Shown one piece after another: positions 31,445-39,415 of a stretch of 64,000 nt of DNA. The position numbers and the translations under genes are program-made. The notes under the pieces were generated by a model, which did no database searches, was not told where the DNA came from, and was given only the letters and a program-made list of their open reading frames with translations. The number at the start of each line of letters is the position of its first letter. The first letter of the stretch is position 1. This stretch comes from Escherichia coli (GTDB taxonomy: Bacteria > Pseudomonadota > Gammaproteobacteria > Enterobacterales > Enterobacteriaceae), in assembly GCF_044324785.1 (NCBI RefSeq), contig NZ_CP172127.1. One strand, 5' to 3'.

Positions 31445-32963
31445 GTTGGAGTCATTACCTACGCGCTTTAACGGTATTTTCCGTTGATGCCTGGGCCAGT
31501 ACTTTGTCGTATGCCGGATTGTTAAAGCGTGAAATATTCCCTGAATGCGTTGACGTTAACAACGTAAGGAAAGTGGAGGGTTCATTATAATCCCCTACCC
31601 ATGAGGCGCGGATAACATCAAAATTGCCGGTGTTACGGCTATCGATATAGGTTTTCCATTCCTGATTCTGCAATTTAACATCTACGCCAAGGTTCTTTTT
31701 CCACATCGATGCTACAGCAATCGCAATTTTTTGATGGTTTTCTGAAGTGTTATACAAAAGCGTCAGCTTCAGCGGTTTTTGCGGACCATAACCAGCTGCG
31801 CTCAACAAAGTTTTTGCCTGCGCATTCAGTTCTTCCTGACTCATTTGTTCAAACGGCGAAGGCTCCGGCGTAAAACCGGCAGTAACATCTGGTGTAAAAT
31901 GCCACGCTGGCTTTTCCCCCGTCCCCAACACTTTTTCGGTCATCAGGCGGCGATCTATCGTCATACTTAATGCCAGGCGAACACGCTGATCGGCCGTCGG
32001 CCCTTTTTGCGTGTTAAACGCATAATAATAGGTCCCGAGCTGCGGCGGCGTATAAACCTGCCCCGGAATATCCTTCAACAGCTTCTGATACATATTTTTC
32101 GGGAAGGATTCGGTGATATCAATATCCCCCGCGAGGTAACGCTTAGTGGCTGCGGATTCCTGATTAATTGGCAAGAAGGTCACTTTTTGCAGTACCGTTT
32201 TGGCGTTATCCCAATAATGGGTATTCGGTACCACGACCAGTTTTTCATTGACTACGCGCTCTTCAAGAACATAAGCGCCATTACCGATCAGTTTTCCGGG
32301 TTTCGTCCACTCTTTAATGCTTTCTACGTTGGCTTTTTGCACCGGGAAGAAGGCAAAGTTAGCGGTTAAATTCACAAACCACGGCAACGGTTTATCAAGC
32401 TGGATTTTCAAAGTATGGGCATCAACTGCGGTGACGCCAAGCTGGTCAGGCGTGGCTTTACCATCAATAATCGCCTGTGCGTTGTTGATTCCCGCCAGCG
32501 CGGCAAACCATGCAAATGGCGACAATGTTTTTGGGTCCACCAGACGTTGCCAGCTGTAGACAAAATCTTGCGCCGTTACCGGTGTGCCATCCGCCCATTT
32601 TGCGTTATCGCGCAAGGTAAATGTCCAGATACGGTTGTCATTACTTTTCCACTGAGTCGCAACGCCGGGGACAATCTCCCCTTTCTCGTTCTGATTCACC
32701 AGTCCTTCAAACAGATCGCGAATGACCTGAATCTCTGGCAGGCCCACGGCTTTAGCGGGATCCAGCGACGCAGGTTCATCTTTAATGTGGCGCACCAACT
32801 CCTGCTTCTCTGCCAGTACTGTGCCGCTCGGAACTTCTGCAGCATACGAAAGAGAAATGCTGCTGACCAACAGCGCACAACACGTGACTGAAACAGAGTG
32901 CTTCATAAGTTTCCCTCTAACCGACATTAAAATTGATGCGTAATTATTTGTTTCGCCTTAAAG

Positions 32964-33000
32964 AAATGCAAACAACTTCCATCAAAAAAGTGACAAAGGA
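32964..33000. promoter_or_regulatory. 37-bp conserved element, copy 1 (upstream of mppA)
   Basis: AAATGCAAACAACTTCcatCAAAAAAGTGAcAaAgGA. It matches 36954-36990 at 31 of 37 positions (exact 16-mer, 3 variable nt, exact 11-mer), in the same plus-strand orientation. It lies 58-94 nt upstream of the mppA ATG at 32906. Confidence 0.45.
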
Positions 33001-33242
33001 AGCATCAAATGTTTTAAGTATCAATATATCAAATCAGATTTAGCGTAAATAATAGTCTCCAAAATGCGGTAAAGCACATAGAACTCCGAACACTACGTTC
33101 GGGCTTCGCACGTTCAAACCCGTTTTCGGTATCATAATCAGCATCTGTCGCCATTGTGCGAAGAATAAAAAATGACCAAAACGTTGAAAGGAACTGAGAA
33201 TACGTTAAGAGAAGAATTAAATTAATGTATCAGCAAGTAGTG

Positions 33243-34142
33243 CTAAACAGCACCTTTATACTTCAGCCTATCTATAAATAATGAGAATGCCGAGCCAGCA
33301 TGTCGACGGTGTGGATAGTACAGGTGATAACCGGGTAAATCTGGTGTGAATTTATCCAAAACACGTATCAGTTTTTTTTCTTTAATAGCCCGCTCAACCT
33401 GATCATAAGGTAGATACGCCAACCCATGCCCATCAATTGCAGCATCAATGATCAGGTCTATCGTATTCAGTAAAAGCTGACCTTCCATGCGAACACGAAC
33501 TTCACGTCCACCGCGTATTAATCTCCAGCGATTTGCTGTACCCGATGTGGGAAGATACAAATTAATTGCCTGATGATCTATTAATTGTGACACTGACGTT
33601 GGAGCACTTCGACGAGAAAAATAATCCGGTGAGCCAACAATAGCCATTGGTATATCTGGCCCGATTCGAATGGCGATCATATCTTTATCCATCTCCCCAC
33701 CCAGACGGACGCCTGCATCAAAACGTTCAGAAACGACATCGGTCAAACCATAATCAATGGTAAGCTGGATATCAATTTCAGGATGCGATTTCAGGAATGT
33801 GCGCATAGCTGGTAACAATATCGTTTTTGCTGCATGTTCTACAGTAGTAATACGTATTGTCCCGGATGGGCGGTTCTGCAGATCGCTCAGGGATGTCAGG
33901 GCAGAATCTATGTCATGCAACATAGGGCCAAGAACAGACAAAAGATGCTCGCCCGCTTCAGTGGGTACAACGCTGCGCGTGGTTCGCGTCAGAAGCCGCA
34001 ATCCTAATCGTTCTTCTATACGGCGCACTATCTGGCTTAAAGCTGACTGCGCCATGCTCAGGCGGGCTGCTGCGCGAGTGAAGCTACGCTCCTCTGCAAC
34101 GACGACAAACGCCATCAGATCAGCGATTTCTTCACGCTTCAT
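33243..34142 (-). CDS. pgrR: LysR-family regulator PgrR (YcjZ), regulator of peptidoglycan-peptide recycling genes
   Basis: 299-aa ORF MKREEIADLMAFVVVAEERSFTRAAARLSMAQSALSQIVRRIEERLG..., divergent from ycjY. Length matches K-12 YcjZ. Confidence 0.9.
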   Translation of the reverse strand: MKREEIADLMAFVVVAEERSFTRAAARLSMAQSALSQIVRRIEERLGLRLLTRTTRSVVPTEAGEHLLSVLGPMLHDIDSALTSLSDLQNRPSGTIRITTVEHAAKTILLPAMRTFLKSHPEIDIQLTIDYGLTDVVSERFDAGVRLGGEMDKDMIAIRIGPDIPMAIVGSPDYFSRRSAPTSVSQLIDHQAINLYLPTSGTANRWRLIRGGREVRVRMEGQLLLNTIDLIIDAAIDGHGLAYLPYDQVERAIKEKKLIRVLDKFTPDLPGYHLYYPHRRHAGSAFSLFIDRLKYKGAV

Positions 34143-34166
34143 TCAGTATCTCCATACAATCTATTA

Positions 34167-34209
34167 ATCATTTAAATGATAGGTCTAATCATGATTTTGG
34201 GTCTAATCA
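34167..34209. promoter_or_regulatory. Candidate PgrR operator region in the pgrR/ycjY divergent promoter
   Basis: Perfect 14-bp palindrome ATCATTTAAATGAT (34167-34180), followed by two direct copies of GGTCTAATCA (34182-34191 and 34200-34209). Confidence 0.4.
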
Positions 34210-34279
34210 ACTTAATGATCAATATCTATAGTGATATCACCAACCGTCAAAACGAACCGACAACTCCATGAGGAACGGA

Positions 34280-35200
34280 ATGATGAATAATAAAGTCAGC
34301 TTCACTAACAGCAATAATCCAACCATCTCTTTGTCTGCAGTGATCTATTTCCCTCCAAAATTTGATGAAACCCGTCAGTATCCGGCAATTGTGGTATCTC
34401 ACCCAGGTGGGGGCGTTAAAGAGCAAACGGCCGGAACCTATGCCGAAAAACTGGCGGAAAAGGGATTTGTCACTATTGCTTATGACGCATCTTATCAAGG
34501 TGAAAGCGGCGGCGAGCCGCGTCAGTTAGAAAACCCATACATTCGTACTGAAGACGTCAGTGCCGTGATTGATTACCTGACAACGCTTTCTTATGTCGAC
34601 AATACCCGAATTGGTGCGATGGGAATTTGTGCCGGTGCAGGATATACAGCCAATGCTGCAATTCAGGATCGCCGCATCAAGGCCATCGGTACTGTTAGTG
34701 CGGTCAATATTGGTTCGATGTTCCGTAATGGTTGGGAAAACAATGTGAAATCTATTGATGCCCTACCATACGTTGACGCGGGTTCAAACGCCCGAACCAG
34801 CGATATTAGCAGCGGAGAATACGCCACTATGCCACTGGCACCAATGAAGGAGTCCGATGCGCCGAACGAAGAACTGCGTCAGGCCTGGGAGTATTACCAC
34901 ACCCCTCGCGCGCAGTATCCAACAGCACCGGGTTACGCTACTTTGCGCAGCCTTAACCAGATTATTACCTATGATGCTTACCATATGGCGGAAGTGTACC
35001 TGACTCAGCCGATACAGATTGTGGCGGGCAGCCAGGCAGGGAGCAAATGGATGAGTGACGACCTGTACGATCGAGCATCAAGCCAGGATAAACGCTATCA
35101 CATTGTTGAAGGCGCAAACCATATGGATCTTTATGACGGCAAAGCCTATGTGGCTGAAGCAATTTCAGTATTAGCTCCGTTCTTTGAGGAAACTCTGTAA
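34280..35200 (+). CDS. ycjY: Alpha/beta hydrolase YcjY (dienelactone-hydrolase-like, Cys nucleophile elbow)
   Basis: The ATG at 34280, preceded by GAGGA, gives MMNNKVSFTNSNNPTISLSAV... and 306 aa. The nucleophile elbow is GICAGAG (GxCxG rather than GxSxG). Confidence 0.88.
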   Translation: MMNNKVSFTNSNNPTISLSAVIYFPPKFDETRQYPAIVVSHPGGGVKEQTAGTYAEKLAEKGFVTIAYDASYQGESGGEPRQLENPYIRTEDVSAVIDYLTTLSYVDNTRIGAMGICAGAGYTANAAIQDRRIKAIGTVSAVNIGSMFRNGWENNVKSIDALPYVDAGSNARTSDISSGEYATMPLAPMKESDAPNEELRQAWEYYHTPRAQYPTAPGYATLRSLNQIITYDAYHMAEVYLTQPIQIVAGSQAGSKWMSDDLYDRASSQDKRYHIVEGANHMDLYDGKAYVAEAISVLAPFFEETL

Positions 35201-36132
35201 TGAAACATATTCAAATCCGCAATAGTGATATGGCCTGGCATATTGCTGCCAATATTCAGTTTCCACCAAATTTTGATGAGTCAAAACAGTATCCGGCGAT
35301 TATCAGCGTCCATCCTTTTGGCAGTTGTAAGGAGCAGACGTCTGGCAATATCTATGGCAAGGCATTGGCTGAAAAAGGCTATGTCGTTCTCGCTTATGAC
35401 GCCAGTTTCCAGGGAGAATCTGGTGGGGAGCCTCGTTGGATAGAAGATCCGACACAGCGCGTTGAGGATATTAGCCGTGTTATCGATTATGCAGTAACTC
35501 TGCCATATGTTGATGCTGAACGCATTGGCGTGCTGGGTGTGTGTGGGGGGGGTGGCTATGCCATTAATGCCGCGCTGACAGAAAAACGAATTAAAGCTGT
35601 AGTGAGTATTACGGGTGTTAATATCGGGCGTCTTTTTCGAGAAGGTTTCAGCAATTACGATCCGATTGGCGCATTGAATGCAATGGCGTCGCAACGAACC
35701 AAAGAGGCTCGTGGTGGAGAATTACAGATCAACGAATTACTTCCCGCCAGCCTGGATGCAGCAAAAGCCCATGGACTGACCGAACGCGATGTTTATGAAG
35801 CAACTGACTACTATAAAACACCACGCGGGCAACAACCGGGAGGTGCGACAAAAATGTTGTTCTCACATGCACAGAAAACGCTGGCCTGGGATGCCTTCGC
35901 ATTTACTGAAGTGTTACTGACTCAGCCGGTGATGGTAGTAGTTGGTGAAAAAGTCGGTGCCTTCGGTGCTTATCGTGATGGACTGGAAGTCTATGGCCGG
36001 GCGATGGTTTCGCAGGATCGTCAGTTAGTTTCGTTACCCGATTTCTCACATTATGAACTGTATGACAAACCGGAAGCAGTTCAGGAGGCGCTGGAAAAAG
36101 TTATTCCTTTTTTCAACACCCATCTGGGATAA
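35200..36132 (+). CDS. Second alpha/beta hydrolase, paralog of YcjY (GxCxG elbow)
   Basis: 310-aa ORF, alignable with YcjY along its length (e.g. QYPAIISVHPFGSCKEQTSG.../YDASFQGESGGEPR/RIGVLGVCGGGGYAINAA). Its start overlaps the ycjY stop (TAATG) and is preceded by GAGGA. Confidence 0.85.
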   Translation: MKHIQIRNSDMAWHIAANIQFPPNFDESKQYPAIISVHPFGSCKEQTSGNIYGKALAEKGYVVLAYDASFQGESGGEPRWIEDPTQRVEDISRVIDYAVTLPYVDAERIGVLGVCGGGGYAINAALTEKRIKAVVSITGVNIGRLFREGFSNYDPIGALNAMASQRTKEARGGELQINELLPASLDAAKAHGLTERDVYEATDYYKTPRGQQPGGATKMLFSHAQKTLAWDAFAFTEVLLTQPVMVVVGEKVGAFGAYRDGLEVYGRAMVSQDRQLVSLPDFSHYELYDKPEAVQEALEKVIPFFNTHLG

Positions 36133-36149
36133 GTTTCATGAGAAATATT

Positions 36150-36788
36150 ATGAAAAAAGTACTCATTCTTGGTGCTGGCGGTCAGATAGCCCGCCATGTG
36201 ATTAATCAACTGGCAGATAAACAAACCATTAAACAAACTTTATTTGCTCGTCAGCCAGCAAAAATACACAAACCCTATCCAACTAATAGCCAGATTATTA
36301 TGGGGGATGTACTGAATCATGCAGCACTGAAGCAGGCCATGCAGGGACAGGATGTTGTGTATGCCAACCTTACGGGGGAAGATTTAGATATTCAGGCAAA
36401 TTCAGTGATCGCTGCGATGAAAGCCTGTGATGTTAAACGTCTGATCTTTGTTCTTTCCCTCGGTATTTATGATGAAGTTCCAGGAAAATTTGGCGAATGG
36501 AATAATGCAGTTATTGGTGAACCCCTAAAACCATTCCGCAGGGCTGCGGATGCAATTGAGGCTTCTGGACTGGAATATACAATTCTTCGCCCTGCCTGGC
36601 TGACTGATGAAGATATTATTGATTATGAGCTTACCTCACGCAATGAACCATTCAAAGGTACGATCGTATCACGTAAGAGTGTCGCCGCATTAATTACAGA
36701 TATCATCGATAAACCTGAGAAACACATTGGTGAGAATATAGGCATCAATCAACCCGGGACTGATGGCGATAAACCCTTCTTCATGTAA
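36150..36788 (+). CDS. NAD(P)-binding Rossmann protein (NmrA/atypical-SDR-like); probably the full-length form of the K-12 ymjC remnant
   Basis: MKKVLILGAGGQIARHVINQL... (GxxGxxG-type dinucleotide fold). The ORF track starts at 36138, and the ATG at 36150 puts the Rossmann motif at the N-terminus. The link to ymjC is from memory of the K-12 annotation. Confidence 0.75.
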   Translation: MKKVLILGAGGQIARHVINQLADKQTIKQTLFARQPAKIHKPYPTNSQIIMGDVLNHAALKQAMQGQDVVYANLTGEDLDIQANSVIAAMKACDVKRLIFVLSLGIYDEVPGKFGEWNNAVIGEPLKPFRRAADAIEASGLEYTILRPAWLTDEDIIDYELTSRNEPFKGTIVSRKSVAALITDIIDKPEKHIGENIGINQPGTDGDKPFFM

Positions 36789-36806
36789 ATCAATTATATA
36801 GCTACC

Positions 36807-36838
36807 ATCGTACTGTACTATGTGCAGTACGATTTATT
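36807..36838 (+). terminator. Stem-loop after the NAD(P)-binding gene (putative terminator/attenuator before mpaA)
   Basis: ATCGTACTG-tactatgtg-CAGTACGAT followed by TTATT. Confidence 0.55.
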
Positions 36839-36953
36839 AAACTTATTAAGGTGAACTGATCAATCAGATGCGATTAACATGTGTAGAACCAGTAAGAATA
36901 AAATACGCCATGTATATAACATTACGACAATTCTAATATCTGCACATCAATGA

Positions 36954-36990
36954 AAATGCAAACAACTTCTGGCAAAAAAGTGATACAAGA
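36954..36990. promoter_or_regulatory. 37-bp conserved element, copy 2 (upstream of mpaA)
   Basis: AAATGCAAACAACTTCtggCAAAAAAGTGAtAcAaGA. See copy 1 at 32964-33000. It lies 89-125 nt upstream of the mpaA ATG at 37079. Confidence 0.45.
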
Positions 36991-37078
36991 TCGATGACAT
37001 AGCGTTGAAGAAAAGGATTTGATAATCCGCAAAATTTGCACAACACTGCCTGTAATACTTCCTGAACCAGAGACGATC

Positions 37079-37807
37079 ATGACCGTAACCCGCCCACGCG
37101 CCGAACGCGGCGCATTTCCGCCCGGAACAGAACATTACGGACGTTCATTATTGGGCGCGCCGTTAATCTGGTTTCCTGCCCCTGCAGCCAGCCGCGAAAG
37201 TGGTTTGATTCTGGCTGGCACTCACGGTGATGAAAACTCTTCGGTCGTCACGCTCTCCTGTGCTCTGCGGACGTTGACACCTTCTTTGCGCCGTCATCAT
37301 GTGGTGCTGTGTGTAAATCCTGACGGCTGCCAGTTGGGGTTACGGGCCAATGCTAATGGTGTGGATTTAAACAGAAACTTTCCGGCGGCGAACTGGAAGG
37401 AAGGTGAAACCGTTTATCGCTGGAACAGCGCCGCTGAAGAACGTGATGTCGTTTTACTGACAGGTGACAAACCTGGCTCCGAACCTGAAACCCAGGCGCT
37501 GTGCCAGCTTATACACCGCATTCAACCTGCCTGGGTGGTCTCATTCCACGATCCACTGGCCTGTATTGAAGATCCCAGACACAGCGAATTAGGCGAATGG
37601 CTAGCCCAGGCGTTTGAATTGCCTCTGGTAACCAGCGTCGGTTATGAAACACCTGGCTCTTTCGGTAGTTGGTGTGCGGATCTCAACCTGCATTGCATAA
37701 CCGCAGAGTTTCCGCCCATCTCCTCCGACGAAGCCAGCGAAAAATATCTCTTTGCGATGGCAAACTTGCTGCGCTGGCATCCTAAAGATGCAATTCGCCC
37801 GTTGTGA
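37079..37807 (+). CDS. mpaA: Murein tripeptide amidase MpaA (M14 gamma-D-Glu-Dap carboxypeptidase)
   Basis: The ATG at 37079 gives MTVTRPRAERGAFPPGTEHYGRSLLGAPLIWFP... and 242 aa. The HGDE zinc motif is present. Confidence 0.92.
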   Translation: MTVTRPRAERGAFPPGTEHYGRSLLGAPLIWFPAPAASRESGLILAGTHGDENSSVVTLSCALRTLTPSLRRHHVVLCVNPDGCQLGLRANANGVDLNRNFPAANWKEGETVYRWNSAAEERDVVLLTGDKPGSEPETQALCQLIHRIQPAWVVSFHDPLACIEDPRHSELGEWLAQAFELPLVTSVGYETPGSFGSWCADLNLHCITAEFPPISSDEASEKYLFAMANLLRWHPKDAIRPL

Positions 37808-38747
37808 ACTGAAGCGCCGGTTCCACATCTACCGCCAGCCAGGTCGGTCCGTCAAGATCGGCGAAACTGACCTGCGGCACCAGCGGTAAAGCGGCGCTAA
37901 TGGCACGAGAGGTACACAACATGCAGCCCAGCATCAGACTAAAACCTTGTGCACGTGCTTCAGTCGCCAGCGCCAGCGCTTCCGTCAGGCCACCCGTTTT
38001 ATCGAGCTTAATGTTAACCATCTCATAGCGCCCTTTCAGCGCCTTCAGATTGCTACGAGTATGACAACTTTCATCTGCACAAATCGGTAACGGATGAATA
38101 AAATTCTCCAGTGCCGCATCGTCCTGCGCAGGGAGCGGTTGTTCAAGCATCGCAACGCCTAAATCCGCCAATAGCTGGCAACGCGCCGCCAACCCTTCTG
38201 CACGCCAGGATTCATTTGCGTCAACGATCAGCGTCGCATCGGGCACAGCTGTGCGAATTGCCACCATCCGCTCACTGATAAGATGGTTATCCAGCTTCAC
38301 TTTCAGTAATTTCGCGCCTGCCTGCCAGAATGTTGATGCACTATTGGCCATCTGATCAGGCGTACCGATGACTACCGTCTGTGCAGTGGTGACTATCTCG
38401 GGAAGCGTTACGCCGATCAAATCAGCCAGCGATTGCTGCTGTTTTCGCGCCGCCAGATCCCACAATGCACAATCCAGCGCATTACGTGCTGCGCCGGCAG
38501 GGAGAATTTTTTGCAACTCCTCCCGTGTCAGCCCTTTCTCTAATTGCGGCACGACGCTCATAATTTGCGCCATTACCGAGGCATCACTTTCTCCATAGCG
38601 CGGATAGGGCGTGCATTCACCGGTGCCTTTAATACCCTCTTCTTCCAGTTCAACCACCACCACGCGCGCTTCACTGCGACTTCCCCGAGCAATCACAAAC
38701 GGGGTATGTAAGGGCCAGGCTTCCTCAAATACCTTAACGGTTCTCAT
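37782..38747 (-). CDS. ycjG: L-Ala-D/L-Glu epimerase YcjG (enolase superfamily)
   Basis: The ATG at 38747 gives MRTVKVFEEAWPLHTPFVIARGSRSEARVVVVELEEEG... and 321 aa. Its 3' end overlaps the mpaA 3' end by 26 nt. Confidence 0.92.
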   Translation of the reverse strand: MRTVKVFEEAWPLHTPFVIARGSRSEARVVVVELEEEGIKGTGECTPYPRYGESDASVMAQIMSVVPQLEKGLTREELQKILPAGAARNALDCALWDLAARKQQQSLADLIGVTLPEIVTTAQTVVIGTPDQMANSASTFWQAGAKLLKVKLDNHLISERMVAIRTAVPDATLIVDANESWRAEGLAARCQLLADLGVAMLEQPLPAQDDAALENFIHPLPICADESCHTRSNLKALKGRYEMVNIKLDKTGGLTEALALATEARAQGFSLMLGCMLCTSRAISAALPLVPQVSFADLDGPTWLAVDVEPALQFTTGELHL

Positions 38748-38865
38748 CTTTACTCCTTGTTGTCGCAGTGGTCTGCGGATTAAGCGCAAATAGCGTTTGC
38801 TGTGTTATTGACAGTTAGCATAAACTAGGTGTGACGTTAACTATATGTAAACAGGAAAGATAATC

Positions 38866-39372
38866 ATGTCACAAACCGTTCATTTCCAGGGCAACCCGGT
38901 TACAGTCGCCAATTCCATCCCGCAGGCGGGTAGCAAAGCGCAGACTTTTACTCTCGTGGCAAAAGATCTGTCTGACGTCACCCTCGGTCAGTTTGCGGGT
39001 AAACGCAAAGTGCTGAACATTTTCCCGAGTATTGATACCGGTGTTTGCGCCGCATCAGTACGTAAGTTTAACCAACTGGCAACAGAGATCGACAACACCG
39101 TTGTGCTGTGTATCTCTGCCGATCTGCCGTTCGCCCAGTCTCGTTTCTGCGGCGCAGAAGGTCTGAACAACGTTATCACCCTCTCCACTTTCCGTAACGC
39201 TGAGTTCCTGCAAGCTTACGGTGTGGCAATTGCTGATGGCCCACTGAAAGGTCTGGCAGCGCGTGCCGTTGTGGTTATTGATGAAAATGACAATGTGATT
39301 TTCAGCCAGCTGGTGGATGAAATCACCACCGAGCCGGATTACGAAGCAGCTCTGGCTGTACTGAAAGCATAA
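38866..39372 (+). CDS. tpx: Thiol peroxidase Tpx
   Basis: 168-aa [41 protein letters not shown]... with the peroxidatic Cys context IDTGVCA. Confidence 0.96.
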   Translation: MSQTVHFQGNPVTVANSIPQAGSKAQTFTLVAKDLSDVTLGQFAGKRKVLNIFPSIDTGVCAASVRKFNQLATEIDNTVVLCISADLPFAQSRFCGAEGLNNVITLSTFRNAEFLQAYGVAIADGPLKGLAARAVVVIDENDNVIFSQLVDEITTEPDYEAALAVLKA

Positions 39373-39376
39373 GTTA

Positions 39377-39409
39377 ATATGCCTGATGGTGTTGCACCAT
39401 CAGGCATAT
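39377..39409. terminator. Bidirectional terminator between the convergent tpx and tyrR
   Basis: ATATGCCTGATGGTG-ttg-CACCATCAGGCATAT, a perfect 15-bp stem. Confidence 0.8.
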
Positions 39410-39415
39410 TCGCGC

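Larger units (their letters stand above)
30692..31459 (+). mobile_element. IS1 (768 bp), complete, flanked by a 9-bp target-site duplication TACGCGCTT
   Basis: Starts GGTGATGCTGCCAACTTACTGATTTAGTGTATGATGGTG and ends ...AAGTTGGAGTCATTACC (IS1 terminal inverted repeats). The direct repeat TACGCGCTT is at 30683-30691 and 31460-31468. Confidence 0.96.
30516..32906 (-). pseudogene. mppA: Murein tripeptide periplasmic binding protein MppA, disrupted by IS1
   Basis: The 5' part (32906 down to 31460) encodes MKHSVSVTCCALLVSSISLSYA... for about 482 codons. The 3' part (30691 down to 30516) continues in frame after removing the IS and one copy of the 9-bp duplication: ...NADYNAAEKILMEQAPIAPIYQYTNGRLIKPWLKGYPINNPEDVAYSRTMYIVKH*. 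The two parts sum to 537 codons, the K-12 length. Confidence 0.93.

Noticed and set aside
34247-34498. Minus-strand 83-aa ORF across the ycjY start.
   Set aside because: It is antisense to the well-supported ycjY N-terminus and crosses the pgrR/ycjY promoter region. No RBS is present.
36947-37135. Minus-strand 62-aa ORF overlapping the mpaA start and the conserved 37-bp element.
   Set aside because: It has no SD and overlaps the mpaA 5' end antisense. The conserved element is better explained as a cis-acting site, because its partner copy at 32964-33000 is not within any comparable ORF.
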